From a virus, in IMG/VR virus record IMGVR_UViG_3300008108_000016, positions 64,001-128,000 of that record: a DNA stretch of 64,000 bases. One strand, given 5' to 3'. Below the pieces are notes generated by a model that was not told where the DNA came from, did not search any database, and worked only from the letters and a program-made list of their open reading frames with translations. Below are positions 19,007-29,600 of this stretch, piece after piece. The translations under genes were made by a program, and so were the position numbers. How positions within the stretch are numbered: the stretch's first letter is position 1; each line of letters starts with the position of its first letter.

Positions 19007-20664
19007 CATTCTTTTCTTAATTCTTTTGCATAGTGGTCAAATCTCTCGTGATCAACTGGAGTTAATAATAATAAACCACCCCTTAATTGATTTTTCTTTG
19101 TTAATTGGTAATGATGACTCATCCAAGTGTTTTCAAAAGGATAAGTCCACTTTGTATCCAAAAACATTTTTTTATTACCTTCCTGACTTATAATATGAGT
19201 CCAATTACAATAGTATATTTCACCATCAACATATGGTAATCCTTTATGTGACATTATATTATTAAACTTAGTTTTTGGCGCATTTGGGTCTAATCCATTG
19301 ATTGGTAAATTTGGTTTTTCTGGAAAATACTCATTTCTTTTTTCTTGTGGAAGATTATACCACGGCCAACAAGTTCCGTTGTCACCGTAAAATTCAGTGT
19401 AATTTATTTTTAGAAATTCAAAATTTTCTTTATTCATTATTTCAGTACACTTGTTAAATAAATTTGGTGTGTATCTATTGAATCCATTTCTACAAGTCTC
19501 ATCTGGTTTATTTTGGAAAAACATATCGTCCTCTGACCACCACATATATTGTAAATCTGTATTAGCAAAATGTTCTGCAACAAACTGTCTTCCACCACAA
19601 ATACCCAAATTATTTTTCTTTATATGTAGAAAATTATACTCATCACATAGTTCTCTATACCTTGGTGTTGTTGAAAGGTCGGTTGAGTTATCAAGTAAAA
19701 ATTTTTTTGTTTTATGAATAAAGTTTGGATCATAATCCAACATTGATTTTATTAAAGTTTCAAATTGTTTTGGTGAATTAAATGTAATTACATATAAACC
19801 AACATCTCCATTATAATTTGTAACAACTTTTTTTCCTTCATTTTTTAATACAACCTTATTATTTTTCACATCCTCAAAAAATTTATATACAAGTCCATTG
19901 GATTCTATTTGACAATAATCAATTAATTTTGGGTATTGATATAGTAAGATTGTAAATAGACTTTCTTCTGTCCCCATAAATCCTCGTTTAAGTGTATCAA
20001 TTAATAACCCATAATACAATGTATTCATTTGTGATATAGTATCTTTGTTACCACCAAAGAATCCTCCACGAGCAACAACATTGGGTATAGAATTTGTCAG
20101 CTGTTTCATTTCATTATAATCAAATCCGTGAATTTCTAACTCGGCGTCATATGGAAAACTAACAAACAAAAACTTATCTGTTATAATGTTGATTTTTTCT
20201 AAAACATTATCGTGAGTGAAATATCCCGAATGAACCGTGTTTGTTAAACCAGCATCAATCCAGTATAATTTTTCTGAATTAAACTTATCTAAAATTTTGG
20301 CATCGTTAAGTAAAAACATTTTAGACATAACAAGGGGGTTATACATTTCTAACCTTGATTGTGTGGAATCTTTTAACCAACCAACTTGATTATACCATTT
20401 TGGGTTGTTCCTGATATTTTGAATTAAATCAAAGTATTCATTGGTTTTAAACCAACTTAAATCTCTTAAAATAAATTGAGTATTACTTTCGTCTCTCACA
20501 CTAAAAACGAATTCTTTTAATTCCGAATCCCCAAATATTATCATCTTGGAGTCCATCTTTAATAACTCCGAAAATTTATCAAGGTAGTGAGTATAAGATC
20601 TTGACCAACCATCATTGAGTTCTCCTCTACCAATATCCCATAAACCAGTTACTAATGTTATCAT
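19003..20664 (-). CDS. Two-domain glycosyltransferase-like protein (HtrL/WlaTC-like + GT-A)
   Basis: ITLVTGLWDIGR, WIDAG, GGFFGG, GTEE; second domain LDNS...GICGGRQ...WSEDD. Confidence 0.65.
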   Translation of the reverse strand: MITLVTGLWDIGRGELNDGWSRSYTHYLDKFSELLKMDSKMIIFGDSELKEFVFSVRDESNTQFILRDLSWFKTNEYFDLIQNIRNNPKWYNQVGWLKDSTQSRLEMYNPLVMSKMFLLNDAKILDKFNSEKLYWIDAGLTNTVHSGYFTHDNVLEKINIITDKFLFVSFPYDAELEIHGFDYNEMKQLTNSIPNVVARGGFFGGNKDTISQMNTLYYGLLIDTLKRGFMGTEESLFTILLYQYPKLIDYCQIESNGLVYKFFEDVKNNKVVLKNEGKKVVTNYNGDVGLYVITFNSPKQFETLIKSMLDYDPNFIHKTKKFLLDNSTDLSTTPRYRELCDEYNFLHIKKNNLGICGGRQFVAEHFANTDLQYMWWSEDDMFFQNKPDETCRNGFNRYTPNLFNKCTEIMNKENFEFLKINYTEFYGDNGTCWPWYNLPQEKRNEYFPEKPNLPINGLDPNAPKTKFNNIMSHKGLPYVDGEIYYCNWTHIISQEGNKKMFLDTKWTYPFENTWMSHHYQLTKKNQLRGGLLLLTPVDHERFDHYAKELRKEC

Positions 20665-21254
20665 TGTTCTTTAATTTTACATACCCATACAACTAAACGA
20701 AATTCATCCTCCATATATGGTTTAAGGTTATAAGTTAAACAACTTTCATTAATATCGGAATCTTGTATTTCTAACCAATTCCATATTTTATCTTTTATAT
20801 TTTTATTAAAGTAATCTTCATTTGGTGCATAATCGTGAGCCATAATAATATCACCAATTTTTAGAAATTGTGATAATAATCTAAATTCGTTTTTTTTACT
20901 ACCACCATCACAAAGAACTAAAGTACGTCCTTCAGATTGTATAAAATCTTTTATCTCGTCAGGATAATCCAAGTCAGAATATGGATAATTAAAAATATTT
21001 TTTGTTATTATTTCTATATTTTTATTTTTTAACTTTAGATTTTTCTGTTCGTTAAGATCATAAGTTCTAATAACATTAGATTCTAAATTATTATTGTCTA
21101 ATATATTTCTTAACATTAATGTTAGTCCTCCATCCGCAGTACCAATTTCTAATATTCTATTTGGTTTATAATTTTTAATTAACTCATTAAAAACATTATC
21201 AACATTTGGGTGTTGACTAATAATTAAATTTTCATATATAAAATGTCCATTCAT
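20661..21254 (-). CDS. SAM-dependent methyltransferase (CmcI-like)
   Basis: ILEIGTADGG, LCDGG, IMAHD. Confidence 0.7.
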   Translation of the reverse strand: MNGHFIYENLIISQHPNVDNVFNELIKNYKPNRILEIGTADGGLTLMLRNILDNNNLESNVIRTYDLNEQKNLKLKNKNIEIITKNIFNYPYSDLDYPDEIKDFIQSEGRTLVLCDGGSKKNEFRLLSQFLKIGDIIMAHDYAPNEDYFNKNIKDKIWNWLEIQDSDINESCLTYNLKPYMEDEFRLVVWVCKIKEQ

Positions 21255-21257
21255 ATT

Positions 21258-22505
21258 TTATAAATTTCCCGTTAATCTTTCACACCATCCTTTTGATAAG
21301 CTGTGAGGCCAAACAACCCAATATTTTGGTTTTTCGGTTGTATTAAATTCTCTCCATATTTTACAATATTTATCAGGATCGTTCATCATTCTGTTTATTT
21401 CATTAATGTCGGCATCTTGTCTATGTAGTGTCTCATCTTTTTCATTGTGAAACGCAACAACCCAAAAGTCATAATCCGTTTCTTTAACATAGTCATAAGA
21501 TATATCAATACAATGTTTAAACACTTGTGTAAAACTATTTAACCACTCTTCTTCATCATTAAAGTCATATGGATTTGGTGGATAATTCTTATCTAATGTA
21601 TATTTCTGAACAGATCTTTTTGAGAACAATATTCCCGCATATTTTTCATAATCTCTAATTGTTCTCTCAGAACCAAAACCGTATTTACCCAAATCACCCT
21701 CATATGATTCTCCATCAATACCTAATATTTGTCTATTTTTTCTATGACAAGATTCATTCTTCTTATACCATTCCTTATCATCATCCCATTGTTTGGTTCT
21801 ACCTTTTCTTGTGTATTCGTGCCAAATAACAACTTTATGAGGGTGGAATAAATCATATCCGTGTGTATATGCTCTCACGGCAATTGATATCTCTTCCCCG
21901 TGAAAGTAATATTCAGGGTCGTGTTGAACTTCCTTTGAAAATTCTCCCAAAGTGAAAGCAAAATGTGCGGAATAGAATCTTGTGGGAATTGGTTCTTTTA
22001 GATCTTTCCAATTAGGAATGACTTCAGGTAGAAAAAACACAACACCTTCAGGTGTGAATCTATCAAAAACCATTCGCCAAGGTTCGGTAACTCTCCCTTG
22101 TGGGTCATTTTCAGGGTCAAATGATGAAACATAACCAGTCAATAAAGGTTTCTTATATCCTTTCTTTTGTAATTGTTTAATCATTTTGATTAATGTATCA
22201 TCCCAATCTTGTTCAAATCTCATATGGGAATCTAACTGAAGTGTATATTTTTCACCTTTGTATAATTGTTGTACTTGGTTTCTTGCCCAACAAACTCCTG
22301 TTGATTCTTGGTATGGTATATTTAAAATACGAAATCTCTTATCATTTTCATATTCAGATAAATTATCAAATCCATCTTCAGGGTGAAATTGACGACAAAT
22401 ACCAAATACTAAATTTTCAGGTTTTTTTGCTTTATCAATACAATCTTTAATTGTTGGGATAAGTTGGGGATCCCTATAGGATGCAATTTGAATAAAAATT
22501 TTCAT
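21258..22505 (-). CDS. GT60-type polypeptide alpha-GlcNAc transferase (Skp1 Gnt1-like)
   Basis: IFIQIASYRDP, GVCWAR, LQLDSHMRF, FHGEEISIAVRAYTHGYD. Confidence 0.8.
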   Translation of the reverse strand: MKIFIQIASYRDPQLIPTIKDCIDKAKKPENLVFGICRQFHPEDGFDNLSEYENDKRFRILNIPYQESTGVCWARNQVQQLYKGEKYTLQLDSHMRFEQDWDDTLIKMIKQLQKKGYKKPLLTGYVSSFDPENDPQGRVTEPWRMVFDRFTPEGVVFFLPEVIPNWKDLKEPIPTRFYSAHFAFTLGEFSKEVQHDPEYYFHGEEISIAVRAYTHGYDLFHPHKVVIWHEYTRKGRTKQWDDDKEWYKKNESCHRKNRQILGIDGESYEGDLGKYGFGSERTIRDYEKYAGILFSKRSVQKYTLDKNYPPNPYDFNDEEEWLNSFTQVFKHCIDISYDYVKETDYDFWVVAFHNEKDETLHRQDADINEINRMMNDPDKYCKIWREFNTTEKPKYWVVWPHSLSKGWCERLTGNL

Positions 22506-22565
22506 TTTTTATTAAAAAAATAAATAAATGAGAATAAAAATAAATAATGTAATGTAATTATTCCC

Positions 22566-23591
22566 TTAATAATCACTTTCCAAGGAAAATCTTGATAAGT
22601 CCCACGCAACCGCACCAGCCGTAGCGTTGTTAGTTGCCCAACATACTCTTCCTAATGGTGTTGTGGTTGAGGGTAAGTTAGTGGATAATGTACCCGATGT
22701 TTGAGCTGTGGTTGATAAATTTGTTATTCTGTAGGTTATTACAGAATCGTTAGGTTTTGCAAATAAAACTATTTCATATAATGAAGTAGTATCTACTGGG
22801 TAACTACCTCCTAAAGGTATAACAGTTGGTGGTGTGCCTGTAATATTATGAACTAAGTTCCAGTTACCCGTACTTGCATTTATTGCCATGCCTATTTTAC
22901 CTGGTGTTGTGGATGTTGTCGGATCAATATTAGTTGGCGCCGCAGTGGCGTTATCGGTCAAACCAATAAACATTCTCATACCTGTTTGAGTTGTTGTTAA
23001 ACCAAATCTACCCACAATAAAGAAACCACCTAATCCCGCGGCGTTACCCCTCCAGCATTCTAATGATGCAATACGAGTTGATGCTAATGAACCGGCACCT
23101 GCTGCTGATGTATTTGTAATTCTTCTTGTTTGACTTTTTAAGTTAGTTGTGGTTATGTTTGGATTTGATATAGTACCAACACTAGTTACTGTACATCCTA
23201 TAGTACCAACTGTTGTACCACCACCAGGTCCTATTACCGATATTTGGTTAAACATCATATTTGGTTGGAACGGTGTATCAACCCCACTTGGCCCAATCCA
23301 TTTTGGCATCTGTCTTCCCGCAATATCTTTTGAATATAATAGTAGGTTACCCGCAGTTGGAGCTGATGGGTCAGCTGTTGATACTAATTGTAAATTACCT
23401 AATAATATCTCAACGTTGGACGCACCACTAAATGTTCCTCCGTTATTGAACTGAACCTCGTTTGTAGTACCTCCTGGTGATCCAGCACTTATTCCGGTTA
23501 AATTAGAACCATTACCAAATAATGTTCCACCACTTATGGTTGTTCCTGTAATTCCTCCTTCCGATAATATTTCGTCTGTTATAAATGTCAT
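22566..23591 (-). CDS. Tail fibre/virion protein
   Basis: GGTLFGNGSNLTGI and GGTTNEVQFNNGGTFSG fibre motifs; the first is shared with the large fibre. Confidence 0.65.
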   Translation of the reverse strand: MTFITDEILSEGGITGTTISGGTLFGNGSNLTGISAGSPGGTTNEVQFNNGGTFSGASNVEILLGNLQLVSTADPSAPTAGNLLLYSKDIAGRQMPKWIGPSGVDTPFQPNMMFNQISVIGPGGGTTVGTIGCTVTSVGTISNPNITTTNLKSQTRRITNTSAAGAGSLASTRIASLECWRGNAAGLGGFFIVGRFGLTTTQTGMRMFIGLTDNATAAPTNIDPTTSTTPGKIGMAINASTGNWNLVHNITGTPPTVIPLGGSYPVDTTSLYEIVLFAKPNDSVITYRITNLSTTAQTSGTLSTNLPSTTTPLGRVCWATNNATAGAVAWDLSRFSLESDY

Positions 23592-23603
23592 ATTTTTTTT
23601 ACA

Positions 23604-26600
23604 TTAAGATTCTCCCGTTGCAATTGTTTGCCAATCAACATTTCCTGTCAATGCGGCATTAGCATTAGTGTTTATTATAAAACCTGTAGTTGTTTTTGAT
23701 TCATAAGTAAATACTCTATTGTCCGAACCCGTAATCCCAATAGTGTAATTTGTGGTCGGGTAAGTATTTGTAAAGGTTACTGTATATTTTCTTGGTGTTC
23801 CTATAAAACTTGCGGCAGTAACAGTTCCTGATTTTATATTTAATCCTATGGTTGCCGTTAAATTTGATTGACCTTGATTTCTACTAATTGTTAATGTGTT
23901 GGCGGAATATGTTACTCCGGTAACAAAGGTATCCGCCGAAACAAATCCTGTTACATTAAACGTTCCTCCCGTATTATTTGTAAATGTTGCGGTTCCGTTT
24001 GAATATGTTCCACCTGTAACTCTTATATCAGTTGGTAAATTTTGGTAAGTTGTTGCCGATAATACAGACGAGCTTATCGTACCTGTTGATGTTAGTCCTG
24101 TCACAGTATTAAATAAAACATTGAAAGTCCCACCTGTGTTATTTGTAAATGTAAATGTATTATTAGAATAAGTGGATCCTGTTACAAATACATCAGTTCC
24201 TGATGTTCCTCCTGTTGTGAAACCTGTAACAGTAAATGTACCTCCAGTGTTGTTTGTAAAAGTTGCGATTCCACTTGAATATGTTCCTCCTGTTACAAAA
24301 ACATCAATTGGTAAATTCTGATATGTGGTTGCTGATACTGTGTTTGCAGTTAATCCATTTGTAAACACTGTTGGCCCTGTAACCGTACCTCCCGTAAATG
24401 TTGATCCTCCTGACGATGGTTGCCATGAAGCATTGCCATTAGCATCTGATGTTAAAACATAACCATTAGTTCCTCCTGATGTCATTTGGAAGTTTGTTGT
24501 TATCGTTTTACCTGAAATGTTTACTTGATTTCCTGCCGCAAATATTAAATTACTTCTGTTTGAGTTATTTGTGCCATTACCAACAATGAACGCACCTTGA
24601 GTGGTATCTCCTGTTGTATTCCACAAACCTTGAGCGTGTTGATAATCACCTGATGTAACAGTTCCAATCCCCTCAGAATGTGAATAATCACCAAAAGCAT
24701 TTGTGGATATACCTTCAGAATGAGAACCATTACCCCAAGAAATAGTTTCCTTACCTTCAGCATGTGACCATAAACCAATTGATCTTGTATCATTTCCTTC
24801 GGAGTGAGACCACAAACCATGTGTAATACCGCTTAATCCTTCTGAATGAGAAAAATGCCCTGTATTTATATCAGATTTAAAAGGTGTTCTTACATTTGGA
24901 AATGATAAAATAACAGTACTATTAAAACTAGTATCCATTAATTGTAAATCAGTCTCAGAACCATTAAATGTAACACCACTTACTTCATAATACCCATATA
25001 TACTATTGCTAATATAGTCATCTAATACAACATAGTTACCAAAATAACTTGTAATATCACCAATGGACGGATCAAACTGAGTGAATCCAGATAAAAATTT
25101 AACTAAGTACCCAAAAGCTCCTGATATCGTTGAGTCACCTTCCGAATGTGAATTTTTACCCGCGGAAATAGTTTCTGATCCCTCTGAATGAGACCAATTA
25201 CCTCTTGAAATTGTTTCTGATCCCTCTGAATGAGACCAATCACCAATTGAAATTGTTTGCTGACCTTCAGAGTGAGAATAAATACCACTTGAAATTGTTT
25301 GATTTCCTTCTGAATGAGACCAACCACCACTTGAATTTGTTTGTTTCCCTTCAGAGTGAGAATAAATACCACTTGAAGTTGTTTGCTGACCTTCAGAGTG
25401 AGAATAATTACCTGTTGAGGTTGTTTGGTAACCTTCAGAATGGGAGGATCTTCCAGATGATATCGTTGATTCACCCTCAGCATGAGAATAGTTACCTGAT
25501 GATAATGTTGCAATACCTTCAGAGTGTGACCCATATCCTGATGATGTTGTACCGTTACCTTCAGCGTGAGAATAGTTACCTGATGATGTGGTAGCCCCTC
25601 CTTCGGCATGAGAATAGCTACCTGACGAAGTAGTATAGTCCCCTTGCGCAAAACTATAATTTGTTGTTGCCGAAACGGCATTACCAAAAGCAAAAGATGT
25701 TATTCCTGACACGTAAGATGTTGGAGATTGTATTGAATCGTGAATTGTTATTGGTGAACAACCATATACGTTTGTAACATATAAATCTGTGATGCAATTA
25801 CCCGAACCCCCACTAAATGGTTCTGTTAGTCCTGTAACACTAAATGTTCCACCAGTATTATTGGTAAATGTTGCTGATCCTGACGAATATGTTCCTCCCG
25901 TTACAAAAACATCAACAGGTAGGTTTTGATAGGTTGTTGCTGAAATTGTTGTTGCGGATAACCCATTTGTAAATATTGTTGACCCTGTAACAGTACCTCC
26001 CGTAAACGAAGATTGTAACCCCCAATAAGAGTTTCCTAATGAATCTGAAGTTAAAACATAACCATTTGTTGCTCCAGATGTCATTTGGAAATTGGTTGTT
26101 TTTGTTTTTCCGTTAACCTCTAATCTTACTGAAGGTGTTGATGTGTTTATACCCACGTTACCCACGGCAGTAATTATCATCTTTTCACTAAATGATGATC
26201 CTGTTAATGTAAAAAATTGTAAATCTCCCGACTCTTGGGAAATAGTGTTGTTCGTATTACCAACTTTAATTGCAGCCCTTGCAATATATGTGGATCCATT
26301 ATTTGCAACAGCAAAAACTAAACCGTTTTGATTTACAGGGTCAAAAATGTATCTTTGATTAGTTGCTCCGACTGATTCCACCCCAAATGTTGCTCTTGGA
26401 GATATATTTGATCCCCCGAGAGAAGTTCTATATTGAGGATCCGTTACAGTTGTACCCCCAAGATTCACTAAACGACCACCTAAAACAGTATTACCCGTTA
26501 CGGTTAAATCACCATTATCTGTAAGACCTGTCACAGTATTAAATAATACATTGAAAGTCCCACCTGTGTTATTTGTAAATGTAAATGTATTATTAGAATA

Positions 26601-29600
26601 AGTGGATCCTGTTACAAATACATCTGTGTTGCCTGCAGAAAAACCTGTGATATTATATGATCCACCAGAAACGGTACTCAAAGATAATGTCCCACCTGAA
26701 TATGTTCCACCTGTAAATGAATTCAAAAATCTATTATCATTATCACTTACAACTGTTGTACTTGAACTTGATGTTTTTACTTTACCAAACGTGGTTGTTG
26801 ATGCGGTTGAAATCCAATCGTTTAATGTACCACTTACATCCGCATAAGGTATTGCATTTGCGGATGGTGTTGTAGAACCAACAGGATCTAAACCACCAAA
26901 TTGATGTCTTGTTGCGTGAGATTGTATTGTTACACCATTTATCGTTCCAGCACTTACAATATTATTAGTACCCATATCAAGGTTTCCGCTCATCGCACGA
27001 GCACCACTAACCAAAAGATATTGTGTATGATCGTCAGCCGTTAAACCAAGCAAGTTTCCATGAACCGAAGATGCGTTCACCCCACCCGCTCTAAATGCGA
27101 TTGTGGGTCTTATATCCTCAATTTGAGTAATACCACTTGTACCTTCTTGAACATATATGTTTGCAATTTGAACAACACCATCTGTAAAATATGTTGGTGG
27201 TGTTGGTAAAAGAGCGTTCTCCGTTTGTACTAATGTTGAGTATTCATTTTGACCTAACACCAAAAAGTAATTCTCGTAGGATCCTTCACCTACAGTGTAT
27301 AATGTGTGTTTTGTAAAATAACCTGTAGTTAACCCTGTTAAAGTACCATTAAAATCATATTGGGTATTGTTAACTAATGTTGTTGCGGTGGTAACCCAAG
27401 TTGATCCTGTTCCATTTCTATAATATTGTGTAAATGTTAATCCAGTACCACCTGTCGGTAAAAATTCATTTGACGAAAAATGATAATCACCTTGAGTTAC
27501 ATCTAATGTAAATGGTGTTGTTCCTTCTGTTACTATTGATCCATTTGCAAAAATTGGCCCTAACGCTTCTGTGAATAATGAATCAAAACGATTTGATGTG
27601 TGTTCCGCATTTAAAGGGGACAAATCAATGAACTCAACCCCTGTTGAATTTGTTACAACTCTACCCAATAATATATTATAAGACGTAATTGGTTTTGTTC
27701 CTGAACTTACAAGATTAGTATTTTCGTTAATATAAATGTAATTATCGGTATTTGCCGATAATGTGATTAAATTATTTACCCAATCTATTCTTCTAACGAT
27801 TCCACTATTATCGGATTTTTCTAAATAACCAAACCCACTATCAGCTTGAACTGTAAAACCACTTATAACACTTATGGAACCACCACTTAACAACCCCATA
27901 GTTGATCCTTCAAATATAAGAGTGGTAAAATCGGTATGTGAACCATCGGTAAATGTAACAGATGCTTTTCTTGTTATACCAAATTCACCATCCTCAATAT
28001 CCAAAAATGCCCAATATACATCATCAGAAACTGTAAATACTTTTTCGTGGTTTGAACTACCACCAAATGTACCAAACGTACCAATTCTTTCAACATATAA
28101 ATCCCATTCACCACTAACAAAACTTGCATTATCAACATCAAATCTAATAGGAAGACCAACATTTGGATTTCTAATCCCATAGGTAAATCCATCAACTGTA
28201 ATTGTACTACAATACAATCCAGCCCCATCTTGAACGTAATATGCGGTACTGCCTGATACTCCATTACTTTGATTATCACCAACAAAGATACTTAATGTTG
28301 CCCCACTACCTGTGGCATAATTACAATATGTGATATTACCACCAGTTGGGAAGTTAAAGTAGTTTTCCATATTTGCCAACGCCAAGTACCCATTGTTACC
28401 AATTACTTTGGTTCCATATGTGTATTCTCCGTTGTAATCTATATATTCACCATAAAATTTAGTATCCTGAGTATCAGACTCTATCCAAATATTAGTATCA
28501 CAATCATACATTGATATTTTATGTGCTTGGGCAAAATCACCAACATCGTAACAATAAATTCCAGCATAACCTGATGGTGCTCCACTTAAACTTAAAAATG
28601 ATATTTCATTATTAATACCAATTTTTATAATGTGCTGAGTGTTTGTATTCGGTAAAATTTGAGTTGTTTGAATGTTACTACCAACAATACTTACATATGG
28701 TGTTTGTGTTAAATCAATTTCATTTTCATAAAATTCTCCGGGATCAACTGAAATTACATATCTATTATTAATAGAAGTATTACCTGAACTAATTAAATAG
28801 TCAACCGCAGATTTAATTGACGAAAAGTCCCCACCTTTTTTTGCTACGGTTATTTCTTTCGGGTCTTGGTTTACCTCATAAAGTGGCGCATTTTGATTTA
28901 TAATTGTTTTTAAAAAGTTGTCAGTTCCTTGAACTTTTCCCGTTGCTCCTGAATGTGCAATATTTACATCTATTGTGTTGTTCTCAAAATTAAGAGCAAT
29001 CGCATCAATACTAGGAGCGGATCCAATTTGGGGTGCGTCAATACCTATTGCCCATCTTTGGAAGTTGACTGCGGTTAATCTTAAAAATCCTCCGTTTTCT
29101 ACGTAGAATCCTGTTCCCGCAGCAGCACCTGCCGCCTTTGTTAAAAGACATCCATTAACAATGAAACCACAACTTGGTGCGTCGGCTTTAGCAAAAACCA
29201 ATCCAGATGTTGTAACAATACCACCATTTGTGGATGTTACGTTTCTTAATTGCATTCTACCAATACCACTTCCACTATTTGTTGAGTAAAAACCTATTGT
29301 GAACGGATACCCACCATACTTAACATTTGAACATTGCATAATGATGTTAGCACCACCATAAGCAACTACTTTAGCGTGTGTGTAATTCGCACCAAACCTT
29401 ACGTTTTCTACGTAAGAAATTGCCGCAGATTGTGGTGTTGTTGAAGATGAATAAACAATTGCAGATACACCCGTTCCCGTACATCCTTGAATTTGAAAGT
29501 CAAATATACCTGATTGATCACTTAAATGTATTAATGTTTGTGATGGATCATTTGCTTGAATTACGGTTGATATTGATGTATCACCTTTAATTGCAGCATA

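Noticed and set aside
25130-25660. 42-nt periodic repeats as a CRISPR array
   Set aside because: They are in-frame coding repeats with codon-level variation and no unique spacers; the same applies to the 51-nt repeats at about 36370-37500.
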